This document shows, in pieces, positions 12,631 to 24,114 of a stretch of DNA of 64,000 nucleotides (the first letter of the stretch is position 1; every line of letters starts with the position of its first letter). Origin of the DNA: Octopus sinensis (Eukaryota); contig NC_043003.1 of NCBI RefSeq assembly GCF_006345805.1, forward strand, positions 97,464,001 to 97,528,000, in the 5' to 3' direction. The translations under genes and the position numbers were made by a program. The notes beneath the pieces were generated by a model that was not told the origin of the DNA, did no database searches, and saw only the letters and a list, made by a program, of their open reading frames with translations.

Positions 12631-13639
12631 CTATATATATATATGGATATATATATATATGTGTGTGTGTATATATATATAATTATCAATTTTATATATG
12701 TATATATATATATATATCATCATCATCATCATCATCGTTTAACGTCCGTTCTCGATGATGATGATGATATATATATCTATATATATAAAATTGATAATTA
12801 TATATATATATATATATATTTGTGTCTGTGTTTGTTCACAACACACACCGTTTGACAACTGGTATTGGTATGTTTACATCCCTGTAACTTAGCGCTTCAG
12901 CAAAAGAGACAGATAAAATAAGTACTAGGCTTCAAAAAATAAGTCCTAGGGTTGATTTGTTCAACTGAAAACCGTTCAGGGCAGTGCCCTAGCATGGCTG
13001 CTGTCAAATGACTGAAACAAGTAGAAGATAAAAGAAAAACATACCCATTGACTTATCCACTCTATTATTATGTACATGTAAACATTTGTTGTTTACAACT
13101 ATATTTGTGTTAAAATCTTAACTATTTATAATTTGTCTCTAGTGTTGTGGGTCTAATTGCAACATATCTAATAATTACTAAATTCATACCTAATCGTGAG
13201 AAATATTCTAAAACAAGTCAAAAATACTGAAGCGCTGATATTTCTGAATTTGCTTAGCAAACAATGAAATATATTAAACTACATAAGAGTACTACATAAA
13301 TATATTAAATTAAAAAGGATGCTGCCAAGTGAAAAGGACCCGGTACGCTCTGTAAAGTGAAAGGCATCCAGCCATAGAAATCATGCCAAATCAAACAACT
13401 GAAGCCTGGTGCTGCCCTCTGTCTTGCCAGCTCCTGTCAAACTATCCAACCCAGTATGGAAAAACAAGCATTAAATGATGATGATGATATACACATATCA
13501 CATGTGCAGATTATGCTATATGGTTATAAATTTACTCCCAACCAGATTCAGTTTCACAGCACGGCTCTTATACTATAGTTCTTCGGTTGAACCATGCCTT
13601 ATGAGTTGGTTTAGCAGGTGGAAACTGAAAGCAATCCAT

Positions 13640-13932
13640 CATGCGAGTGTATCGATGCCAGTGCACGTAACTGGCTCCTGTGCCGGTGGCACATAAAAAG
13701 CACCATCTGAATGTGGTCAATGCCAGTTTCCCCTGACTGACTCCCATGTTGGTGACACGAAAACGCACCCACTACACTCTCAGAGTAGTTGACATTAGGA
13801 AGGGCATCCAGCTGTAGAAACATTGCCAGATCAGACTGGAGCTTGGTGCAACCCACTGGCTTGCCAGACCTCAGTCAAATCGTCCAACCCATGCCAGCAT
13901 GGAAAGTGGATGTTAAAGGATGATGATGATGA
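13640..13932 (+). mobile_element. RTE 3' tail fragment, (ATG)n-tailed
   Basis: AAAAGCACC repeats, GGAAGGGCATCCAGCTGTAGAAAC, ends in GATGATGATGAT. Confidence 0.75.
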
Positions 13933-14129
13933 CATATATATAAGTTTGTGTTTGTATCTCTTTGTCTTGATAGTGCATGATAGGTATCACTATTGTACAA
14001 GCAGCCAAGGTGAAATATTACCCTGCTTGGAAATAGATGAGGACTGGTGACAGGAAGGGCATCTGGCCATAGAAAATCTGCCTCATTAAATTCCATCTAA
14101 CCTACGCAAGCACGGAAAAATGGATGTTA

Positions 14130-14455
14130 GGCGTGGCTGTGTGGTAAGTAGCTTGCTTCCCAACCACATGGTTCTGAGTCCAGTTCCACCGTGTAGCACC
14201 CTGGGCAGGTATCTTCTATTGTAGTCATGGCCAACCAAAGCCTCGTGAGTGGGTGTAGGGGATAGAAACTGAAAGACGCCTATTACATATATATCTATGT
14301 TTCTTTATCCCCCACCACTGCTTGACAACTGCTTAGTGATTTGGCAAAAGAGATAATAGAATGAATAAGTACCAGGCTTAAAAAATAAAAGTACTGGGGT
14401 TGATTCATTCTTCTAAAAATTCTTCAAGGCTGTGCCCAAGCATGGCTGCAGACTA
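14130..14455 (+). mobile_element. tRNA-derived SINE family A
   Basis: GGCGTGGCTGTGTGGTAAGTAGCTTGCTT head and family tail. Confidence 0.75.
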
Positions 14456-14504
14456 ATAATAAAAATAATAATAACAATAACAACAACAACAACAATAATA
14501 ATAA

Positions 14505-14752
14505 TGAAATTATTGAATACAGTGCTCAGGTGCACCACAACTTGTCAAAAGTGCATATAAAGCATATGCAGTAATGTACAAATGTCTGGAAAGTGAACAG
14601 TATATGAGTCAGATACATGCTTGAGTGTGTATGGAGGTGAGAAAATCAGGTGTAGTGTTGGCGAATCTCAGGAAGCATGGAAGTTTTGAAGGATGTAGTG
14701 CTCCGACAACTAACAACTGATGCCGGCAGTTTGTTCCATACCTCAGCAACTC
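14505..14752 (-). mobile_element. CR1/L2-like LINE 3' end
   Basis: Minus strand reads VAEVWNKLPASVV (WNxLP motif); deleted related copy at about 59020-59095. Confidence 0.55.
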
Positions 14753-15630
14753 ACGTAAAAGATACATCTAATTTGGCATGGTTTCTACAGAGGACGCCCT
14801 TCTACCTATACACCTAAAGTTGCATGCACACACACTTATTTACTACATGTTAACCCTTTCATGACCATTTCTGCAGAATATTACTTGTTCATAATTCTTT
14901 AATGATTTGTCTGATTTCTAGATTTCTATCTAAATATACTGACAAATACTATAAATTGTATATTTATCATTTCAGATGGGTTCCAAGGACAAAACACATG
15001 TACAGTATTTATGGTGCAACGTTGGAACCAGGGTTTTAAATGTGGCCATGCCACTTGTAAAAAAAATGTGAACAACTTCATCACTGCCTTTTGTGTAGGA
15101 AACCAATTGAGAAAAAGATCATAATTCAATGATTAGCTCCATTTTTTTTTTCTAATCTTTGTTTTATTGTTATTAACCTCTCACCTATCTTCCACTTTAA
15201 CACCACCCCTGATCACACACCAATATTAGAACTCCTGTCTATCACATTTCTGGAGGTTTTTATCATCAGACTGGAGAATTCTAAGAATACATGAAAAATG
15301 ACAGGAGCAACAATAGCATGTTTGTACTTTATTTTCTCTGAGAGTTGTAATAGTTTATTAGTGTAATACTGAAAATAAAATCTCTACATAATTGATTAAT
15401 AGCTTTTAATCAATCATTAATACTTTTTATCTAATATTTTCAAGTTCAAGTTTATTTGTTGAAAACGTTTTTTTTTTAAAATGTTTATTATACACTGGGA
15501 GAGAGTTCAGAAATACAGCAGTAAATTCCTGATGTGAAAAACGCTGTGAAGCAGTAAATCCAGGGGTGAAAAAGGGCAGCAGAGAAATGTGGAGTGAACC
15601 ACACAAGCCTTGTGTTATTTTAGCACAAGT

Positions 15631-15774
15631 TCAACTAAGGCGTTTATATCTAGTTAAGAGACTTCTTGTGGAGAATGATTTATTGCCAACATTATAGTGA
15701 TATGGTTTCTCTTCTGTGTGATTTTGTTTGTGAGTAGTTAAATCATTTGCTTGAGAGAATGATCTACCACAGAT
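15631..15774 (-). pseudogene. C2H2 zinc-finger gene remnant (last two fingers, degenerate)
   Basis: Hand translation [47 protein letters not shown], same finger style as the intact ZNF; below the ORF-track length cutoff. Confidence 0.8.
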
Positions 15775-16182
15775 ATGGGTAAATCAGTAACTCCACCCTA
15801 ACTCTATAGCAACATTAAAGACTTGATAGAGCAAATGAGTCGCTATCGGTGGCATCCTCTACAAGGTATCTGCCTCTGGCCAACAGGTAAAAAGTGATTC
15901 ATCATCTGACAATCAAACTAATGCCGGAAGGGATATTTTATATAGGGATTCGTTGAATAAATAGGATTATCTCCTCGTGGCAATCAACGCAACTAGTATT
16001 CAGTCAGCGTGTATGATACTCCATAAAAACCTCAAGAATCGAGGATATTAGGCTTACGGCAACGAAAGCTCATTCTCATCATACATCAGCACCGATCCTG
16101 GTACCGATGCAGACGTGGAATCGAACTTATCCTTGCAACGGACAAAGCATTGTTGCATGTTTAATAGTTATGAAATATCATT

Positions 16183-16440
16183 GGATCTTTTCCTTTTGAA
16201 CGGTAGTTTTCAACACAATTTCTAGTTAACTAAACACTTTTAAACTTCGTATACTGGTAGAATGTGTCAAAATAAAACATCTTTTTCTTTTGGCTTTCTT
16301 GAGAAAATTGTAATTTGTAAGTTTAACGTAGTTTAGTTTTTCGAATTTTAACCAATCGATCGCCTCTATTGAGCTAAAATTATTTGCTGCGTCTAAAACT
16401 GAGACAACATCCTGTCACTAACCCAAACCCTAAATTTTAG
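16183..16440 (+). repeat. Unclassified interspersed repeat (inverted copy at about 60300-60548)
   Basis: GGATCTTTTCCTTTTGAACGG...CTTCGTATACTGGTAGAATGTGTCAAAATAAAAC is matched in reverse complement near 60370-60548. Confidence 0.75.
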
Positions 16441-18178
16441 CCTTACGTTTTTTTTTTTTTCTTAATTGTTAAATTAATTTAATTATTACGCGTGAGTCTA
16501 AAATTATTCGTTTTGCTTTTGTTTTGAGTTTTTGCTTTCGTTTTTTATTTTTCTTAATTGTCTAATATTGTTATATATTTTTCACTCGAATATAATTACT
16601 GTATCGTGGAGAGCAGACGTAATTCTATTCTTTACACTTATTATTACAGACTTAAAAGAAAATATTTGTCAACTTTACTTTTTCAGAAGTAAACAGAGTC
16701 AGTGCCTGAAAACAATTTGTTAAAGTTGTTTCCCTTCACTTTATTGATTTCGTCATTAATCCCGTAGAGACTAAAAGACGAGAATTAATGTTGGATATTG
16801 TGTCAAAGTTTGACCCTACGAAGTCATCCCACATACTTCCTGTGCGGTTTATCAAAAAATAAAGCTAATTTTGTGGTGCAATACTTTTATGTAACCACCA
16901 ATTCGGACACGTTACGCTGAATCACCATCAACTAACTGGAGACCTACCGGTGTTAACTCAGTTAATTACCTCCTGTACAATCGTACACTACAATCTTTTA
17001 CAGCTGTTATAATAGGTCACAGAAGGAAATGCTACAATTTGAAACATAAACAAAAGGCAGATCTTGGAAAATTGCTTTTTACTACTTATTTAAGGAGGTC
17101 AAAATCAGCTTGAAGCGAAAAAGATAAAAAGGACGAAGAAAATTTCTTTTAATTTTCGGGGGTTTCTTTTTTCCCAAGGAGGAAAGGACTGTCTGATTTG
17201 ACATCAATCACAATCGAATAATGACGAAATCGACGTTTTAGTATGTTGTTCACTGAGGGTGAATCACCAGCTAAAAGCAGGGGGCAGGCAATTTCGGCCC
17301 CACAGCACAGGATCTAAGATTATTGTAGAAAGATGGAGGTGTTGGCTCAGTACACAGTAACGCGACTTGATATGATTTTTTGACGCTGATAATAAGGCAT
17401 TTTGTTGTCAAATTAGGAAAAACTGCAGACCAACTGTATCTACTATGTAACTAGTTGACCACAAAGATTGAGAACAAAAGTGCTGGGCAAATAATACTGT
17501 CACCTTTATCAGATGGACGTAAATGAGAAGATCTTTCGTGGTGAAACTTGTGATTTTCTGATAGTTGTGTAGAATGGATAAAATGGTAAGACTTTGCATG
17601 GCCAAGTTTGATGTGCAAATGTTGTTTCATCAAATGTTGTTTCCTCAACACTTCTACAGGAGATGAGTTGATCAAGGTGCCAGAGTGATGGTGAGCCCCA
17701 GTGTGTCAGCTGCTGCTGGGGGCTGAAATATCTGTTAGCCCTAAAGAGAAGGACTAATCTTCTCTTTAGGGTTATCCTGGTATCAATGCAGTGATTGAGA
17801 ACAGGTTACCAACTTGTACACAGTGCGTAACCAACTAAAGGAGAGCAGAGAAAGAACCACTATTAATCCAACTTTTATCTGACTATCTATAGCAGCTAAT
17901 AGATGTGAATCTCTTTGAAGCTGATGGTCAAAATATATGGGGCAAACAAAATTTATTTGTAATTTCTTGAAATCTCGTACCTACTGACAAACTTGTCAAG
18001 CATAATCATTGTGCAAATCAATAATTCACCCATAGAGTTTGGTGTCAAACTTGCATTCTTCAATTTGGTTTTCATGCCTACCTTCCACGTGTAGGACAAA
18101 TTCTTCAAGCCAAGCTAACTGACAGGAGACCTAGAGGTAGACCAAGAATGTAATGGTTGGATAGTATTGATAGTCTCA

Positions 18179-18410
18179 GGCGGCAAGCTGGCAGTAACAT
18201 TAGCATGCCAGGCAAAATGCTTAGTGGTATTTTGCCTGCTGCTACATTCTGAGTTCAAATTCCGCCGAGGTTGACTTTGCCTTTCATCCTTTTGGGGACG
18301 ATAAATTGAGTACCAGTTACACACTGGGGTTGGTATAATTGACTTAATCTATTTGTCTGCCCTTGTTTGTCCCCTCTGTGTGTAGGCCCTTGTGGGCAGT
18401 AAAGAAATAA
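18179..18410 (+). mobile_element. SINE family B inserted in an RTE-like 3' fragment
   Basis: TSD-like AGTATTGATAGT(C/T)TCAG on both flanks; upstream reads RRPRGRPRM*WLDSI. Confidence 0.85.
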
Positions 18411-18739
18411 GTATTGATAGTTTCAGTTGATCATGCTTGGGAATTCAACCGAAAAGTATAATGATGGTTGCTTCTGATAGGACCCTATGGAAGAAGTGTC
18501 TGAGGACTTCATGACACTCCCAGTAAGAGTGGATAGAGAAGATGGGTGGATGGATGGTTTCAGTGTTACTGTGAAAACAGTAAAATGCATACTGCAACAA
18601 ACAAACCTCTTCAAAGCATTGTTAACTTTTCACAGAACAAAAATGGCAGCATTAGAAATAACTGTAGCTGAAGCATTACACTATAGATTACCTCATATAT
18701 CATTATGGCGGAAACTAAAACCGTCCAACATGGTTCCTA

Positions 18740-19700
18740 GGTAACATAGAGGCTGGTTGCTTATTTGGAGGTAATGCCATATGACTACTAAATGGCCAGT
18801 GCAATACAGAAACCATTGTATATGAGGTGAAGGTGATGTTGAAAGATATCAATGGAGTGATGGATGTGCAAAAATATGTGGGTGCAATAGAGGGTCCCTT
18901 CAGAACCAGACTCTACAACCACAAATCTTTGTTTAATACATTAGGAAGTTGAAATATCACAACAGTAGGAAGCATGTTTGAACAAAGGAGAGTACAGGAG
19001 GTGGTCGAAAAAGCCAGCTTCTATATATGGCTGAAACGGGAAGACCGAAAATGGCTTGAAAGTCATAAACACGCCGACGGGAAATAACATCATTAGGTGA
19101 GACAAGCTGACTGAATCAGCTTCGCTGACTGACAGGTGACGGTCATTTAGAAAAAGCGCGGGCTAAAACTACGCGTCTTCACTAGTCAGTTAAGGTGAGA
19201 CAGTGTCACGTGACAACTTGCTGGGGCTGCCTGCTGGAGCCTATGTGGCAGGTATTTAAAGGGAAAAATTTGACAAGACAGTCAGTCACCGACTGACACT
19301 CACTGACGATACATCGAAGAGGCCAGGGAACAGAAGAAAGAAGACATGCACCCAACACCAGAGCTGAAGACACCTCTGAAAGCGGGGGCCCCGCCATGTC
19401 AAAACGGTAGAGGAGTAGGGGCCGAAACCGGACGTGGTTCCTCCTGATGATGTCTTGAGCTAACTGGATCCTATAAAGGAGCTGTTGTGGTAGCAGACCA
19501 CGAAACACGGTTGTAATTCATGAAGAAAAATACTGTGCAATAAAATATCAAGTGGATGATATTAGAAAAGTGGAAACCATACTTTAACAGCAGTAAGTGG
19601 TGCAGGCTCTGTTTGGCTGAAAAAATCATCCTAAAGAATTCTCTTCATCCAGGTACCTAAATAACGTGTAAAAGTGAGATTTTTTGCTCTTGCCCTCATG
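18740..19700 (+). mobile_element. Penelope-like element (Naiad-type) GIY-YIG endonuclease fragment, split by an insertion
   Basis: GCLFGGNAI*LLNGQCNTETIVYEVKV...KYVGAIEGPFRTRLYNHKSLF (18755-18935) and IKWMILEKWKPY...CRLCLAEK...KSEIFCSCPH (19545-19700). Confidence 0.75.
18982..19518 (+). mobile_element. Hero/R2-group LINE 3' end nested in the Penelope-like fragment
   Basis: Reads VQEVVEKASFYIWLKRED, like the AEKASxWLWLKR C-terminus of Hero elements, then a GC-richer 3' UTR. Confidence 0.5.
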
Positions 19701-20071
19701 AATACGGATATGCCTTGGCAAACTGGCCAACTGTACCATAAATATAAACATTGCAGCTCTGCCATTGGAGTTACCTTTCACTGCAATCTGATGAATTTAA
19801 GATGTGGTGACCCAACTTTGATATGTATACATGCACATACACACATATACATACATGATTTTAAAATTAACTCTTCCCCACCATCCCTCATCCCCACTCC
19901 AAATATCCCCCCACACCTCTACCCCCACTTCACGCTCACTTCAACCAAACTATATCATGTATACTGAAGCAGCGGTTTTAAGTCCTAATCCAAGGGACAT
20001 AACTCCAATGAACTAACTTTTGTTCTCCATGTAAGTGAACTGGGCAATTTCTTCCAAAACTTTCTTTGCTC

Positions 20072-20468
20072 TTTTACTTGTTTCAGTCATTTGACTGCGG
20101 CCATGCTAGAGCACCACCTTTAGTCGAGCAAATCGATCCCAGGACTTATTCTTTGTAAGCCTAGTACTTATTCTATCGGTCTCTTTTGTTGAACCGCTAA
20201 GTTACAGGGACATAAACACACCAGTATCGGTTGTCAAGCGATGTTGGGGGGACAAACACAGACACACAAACACACACACATGTATATATACATATACATA
20301 TATACGACGGGCTTCTTTCATTTTCCGTCTACTAAATCCACTCACAAAGCTTTGGTCGGCCCGAGGCTGTAGTAGAAGACACTTGCCCAAGATGCCACAC
20401 AGTGGGACTGAACCCGGAACCATGTGGTTGGTAAGCAAGCTACTTACCACACAGCCACTCCTGCGCCT
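20072..20468 (-). mobile_element. tRNA-derived SINE family A, full length
   Basis: Reverse complement of the 57858-58238 copy. Confidence 0.9.
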
Positions 20469-20771
20469 TTACACATCTTATTAATACATTGATGTGGATT
20501 GTAAAAATTGTTAGCAAAATTATGGATTTTACGTCATATGTTCTCTAATTTGGTTTATCTTGTATTTTTCAAATAAACATTTTTCTATTATAAATTATTT
20601 AGTTATTATTTACTTCTTACAAAACTTATTGTAAATAATGAACATACTTTGAAATATATTCTATAAAAATCCTGTTCAGAAAAATGAAGTAGAAATGTAA
20701 ATATCTTTATTTTTTTTCTTTTTGTTCTCTAATTTTGACCACTGCTGTATGTGTGTGTGTGTGTGTGTGTG

Positions 20772-20802
<31 letters not shown>

Positions 20803-20834
20803 CATGCATGTACATGTGTATACTCTTTACTCTC

Positions 20835-21235
20835 TTTTACTGTTTTCATTCATTTGACTGCGGCCATGCTGGAGCACCGCCTTTAATCGAGCAACTCGAT
20901 CCCGGGACTTATTCTTTTTGTAAGCCCAGTACTTATTCTATTGGTCTCTTTTGCTGAACCGCTAAGTATCGGGGACACAAACACACCAGCATCGGTTGTC
21001 AAGCAATGCTAGGGGGACAAACACAGACACACAAACACACACACACACACATATATATATGTACATATATACGACAGGCTTCTTTTCAGTTTCCGTCTAC
21101 CAAATCCACTCACAAGGCATTGGTCGGCCCGAGGCTATAGCAGAAGACACTTGCCCAAGATGCCACGCAGTGGGACTGAACCCGGAACCATGTGGTTGGT
21201 AAGCAAGCTACTTACCACACAGCCACTCCTGCACC
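20835..21235 (-). mobile_element. tRNA-derived SINE family A, full length
   Basis: Near-identical to the 20072 copy. Confidence 0.9.
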
Positions 21236-21574
21236 TATAGTGAAAAAAAGTTAGGGATTTCTGCATAGGTTGTGTTATATAAATAAACCATAGTTGAAAA
21301 TTCACAATAACACTAAGAGAACTGTTATACTTGGAGATGGTCCTATTTTGCCAATTTAAAAACATGTACAATATATTTGGTCTTCACTTCAGCTTTATTA
21401 CTATTATTTTAAAGGTTAAGTGAAGATCAAATGTAGAGTGTGTGTGTTTAATTAGTAAAATATGACCATCCCCAGGTATAACAATATCTGTTTCAGCACA
21501 CAATTTCACATCAGGAATCTTGCAAAAGAAATACATAAATTAAGAGAATTATCAAAAAAATTTGATTTAGAAAA

Positions 21575-22008
21575 ATCAAAATCGAAATCGATCAACATTA
21601 ATGGAAATTGTAGCTGTGATACCAGTGCCGGTCGCACGTAAGAGAACCATCTGAACGTGGCTGTTACCAGCGCCGCCCCGACTGGCCTCTGTGCCGGTGG
21701 CATGTAGAAAGCACCATCCATGGCTGTTGCCAGCCTCGCCTGGCCTCCATGCCGGTGGCACGTAAAAAGCACAATCCGATCGTGGCAGTTTGCCAGCCTT
21801 GTCTGGCACCTGTGCCGGTGGCACGTAAAAAGCACCCACTACACTCTCAGAGTGGTTGGCGTTAGGAAGGGCATCCAGCCATAGAAACATTGCCAAATCA
21901 GACTGGGCCTGGTACAGCCTTCTGGTTTCCCAGACCCCAGTCTGAACCGTCCAACCCATGCTAGCATGGAAAGCGGACGCTAAACGATGATGATGATCAT
22001 CATCATCA
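21575..22008 (+). mobile_element. RTE 3' tail fragment with internal tandem subrepeats
   Basis: Repeated GCCGGTGGCACGTAAAAAGCAC units and (GAT)n tail. Confidence 0.85.
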
Positions 22009-22238
22009 TAAACCTTTAAGAAAAATCAAAGAGACAAAATCAGGTGTGACATTTCATTCAAATGTATTAAATCTTTTTTACTTACATAAAAATATGGAAA
22101 GCTTCACGAATTTACACATCAACCTTTCTCAGCAATTCATTCATTCATTCAGTCTCATTGTGCCTTGTGCCACTTCAGGTGACAGTGAGATCATTCCACC
22201 TTCTAGCACTGAGAGCATCCTGATCTGACCTGAGACAA

Positions 22239-22470
22239 GGCAGCGAGCTGGCAGAAACATTAGCACGCCAGGCGAAATGCGTAGCTGTATTTCGTCTGCT
22301 GTTAGGTTCTGAGTTCAAATTCCACCGAGGTCGACTTTGCCTTTCATCCTTTCGGGGTCGATTAAATAAGTACCAGTTACGCACTGGGGTCGATATAATC
22401 AAGTTAATCCGTTTGTCTGTCCTTGTTTGTCCTCTCTGAGTTTAGCCCCTTGTGGGTAGTAAAGAAATCG
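22239..22470 (+). mobile_element. SINE family B with TSD
   Basis: GATCTGACCTGAGACA at 22222-22237 and 22492-22507. Confidence 0.88.
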
Positions 22471-23798
22471 ATATTTTTTAATAAAGAAACAGATCTGACC
22501 TGAGACAGCAATCACCCGGGGTGGGTTGAGCTGGCTTCATCCATCCTCAATGCTGCATCTCTTACAAACGCAGACAAGGCCTGGCAATTTGAGGCTAATG
22601 ACCGCATGATCTCCAACCACTCCCTATTCCAGCGGCGAACACCATAGACATGAGGGGGCCTAGGTTGGGTTGCACCAAGAGCATCCTTGACTGCTTGTTC
22701 CAGTGTTAACCCTCAGCTTTTAAGGTCTGTTGTTAATGTTCTCCACCACATTTTCTTTGGTCAGCCACGTCTTCTTTTACCTTGTGGAACTCATTGCAAC
22801 ATGATTCAGACAATTGAGTTCAGTTTACTGTGACAGACTCGACCCAACCATTTCCATCTCCTTGTTTCAATAGTTTCTCTTATTGGTATCACATTAGCTT
22901 TGGTCTATAGTTGGCTATTTGACATCATATTCAGCCAGTAGACCATCAAAATTTTTTGTAAACATTTATTTTGAAATACCTCCAATTTCTTTTCAATACC
23001 TTTGTTTGTTTTCCAGCTATTGTATAAATCTCTCTGAGAGATTTAGAAATGTAATATTTCTATCATTGTTGTTTAACGTCTGCTTTCCATGCTGGCATGG
23101 GTTGGACGGTTTGACTGAGGGCTGGCAAGCCAGAAGGTTGCACCAGGCTCCAATCTTGATCTGGCAGAGTTTCTACAGCTGGATGCCCTTCCTAACGCCA
23201 ACCACTCCAAGAGCGTAGTGGGTACCTTTTACGCACCACCGGCATGAGGGCCAGTTAGTATATCTTTTTTTCTGATGAAATAATGCTCATAACATATAAA
23301 TGCAAATTTAAAGCATAAATTTATCATTTACCTATTGGCCACTAACGGAAACAACCGTAAAGAAATGAAGATTACCAATTTTTGTGATAATAAATAATTA
23401 TCAACTTTTAACTCTTCATTTTCTTTCCTTCAATTAACTAAACATGAGATATATATATATACATACAGATATATTTTTGTATATATATATATGTGTGTGC
23501 ATGTATGCATATTCATACACACACACACACATATATATATATACATACACACATATATACACACACACACACACATATATATAGTAATAATAAGGGTAAA
23601 ATTAATTAATTAGAAATTAATAATTTTACCAAGCAGTGTTCAGTATGTAAAAAGACCATTTACGGTATATTTAAAACATTACTTTATATAATTAGGGTTC
23701 AGCAAAAAGATTTAAATTCATTGGCTGCTATTTCTAAAAGTTTGGTGTGTGGTAAAGTAAATTTTTTTGCTGAACCCTGAACCCTAATTATATAAAGT

Positions 23799-23841
<43 letters not shown>

Positions 23842-24001
23842 AATATATATACACGCATACATACATATATATATATACTTACCGCCCCCACAACGAGTAG
23901 CTTATTATATGTATCAAATTTATATTTTTTGCGGTACGATTTAATTTCGGTATTTTTTTTAACAAGGGACAACATCAGTTGAAACACCGAATAGTATCAT
24001 C

Positions 24002-24114
24002 ATGGCTGCCGCTGAAGTTGAATATGATCCTTCACTTAAAAACATTATTGACCAACAGTCCTTAAAGTGGGTGTTTGTCGGTGGAAAAGGTGGTGTTGGG
24101 AAGACAACATCCAG
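24002..24114 (+). CDS. ASNA1: ATPase ASNA1/GET3 (TRC40) exon 1
   Basis: [37 protein letters not shown] with the deviant Walker A (GKGGVGKT); donor AG|GTGAGA, phase 2. Confidence 0.95.

Noticed and set aside
16418-16435. TAACCC-like telomeric repeat
   Set aside because: Only two imperfect units, inside an interspersed repeat
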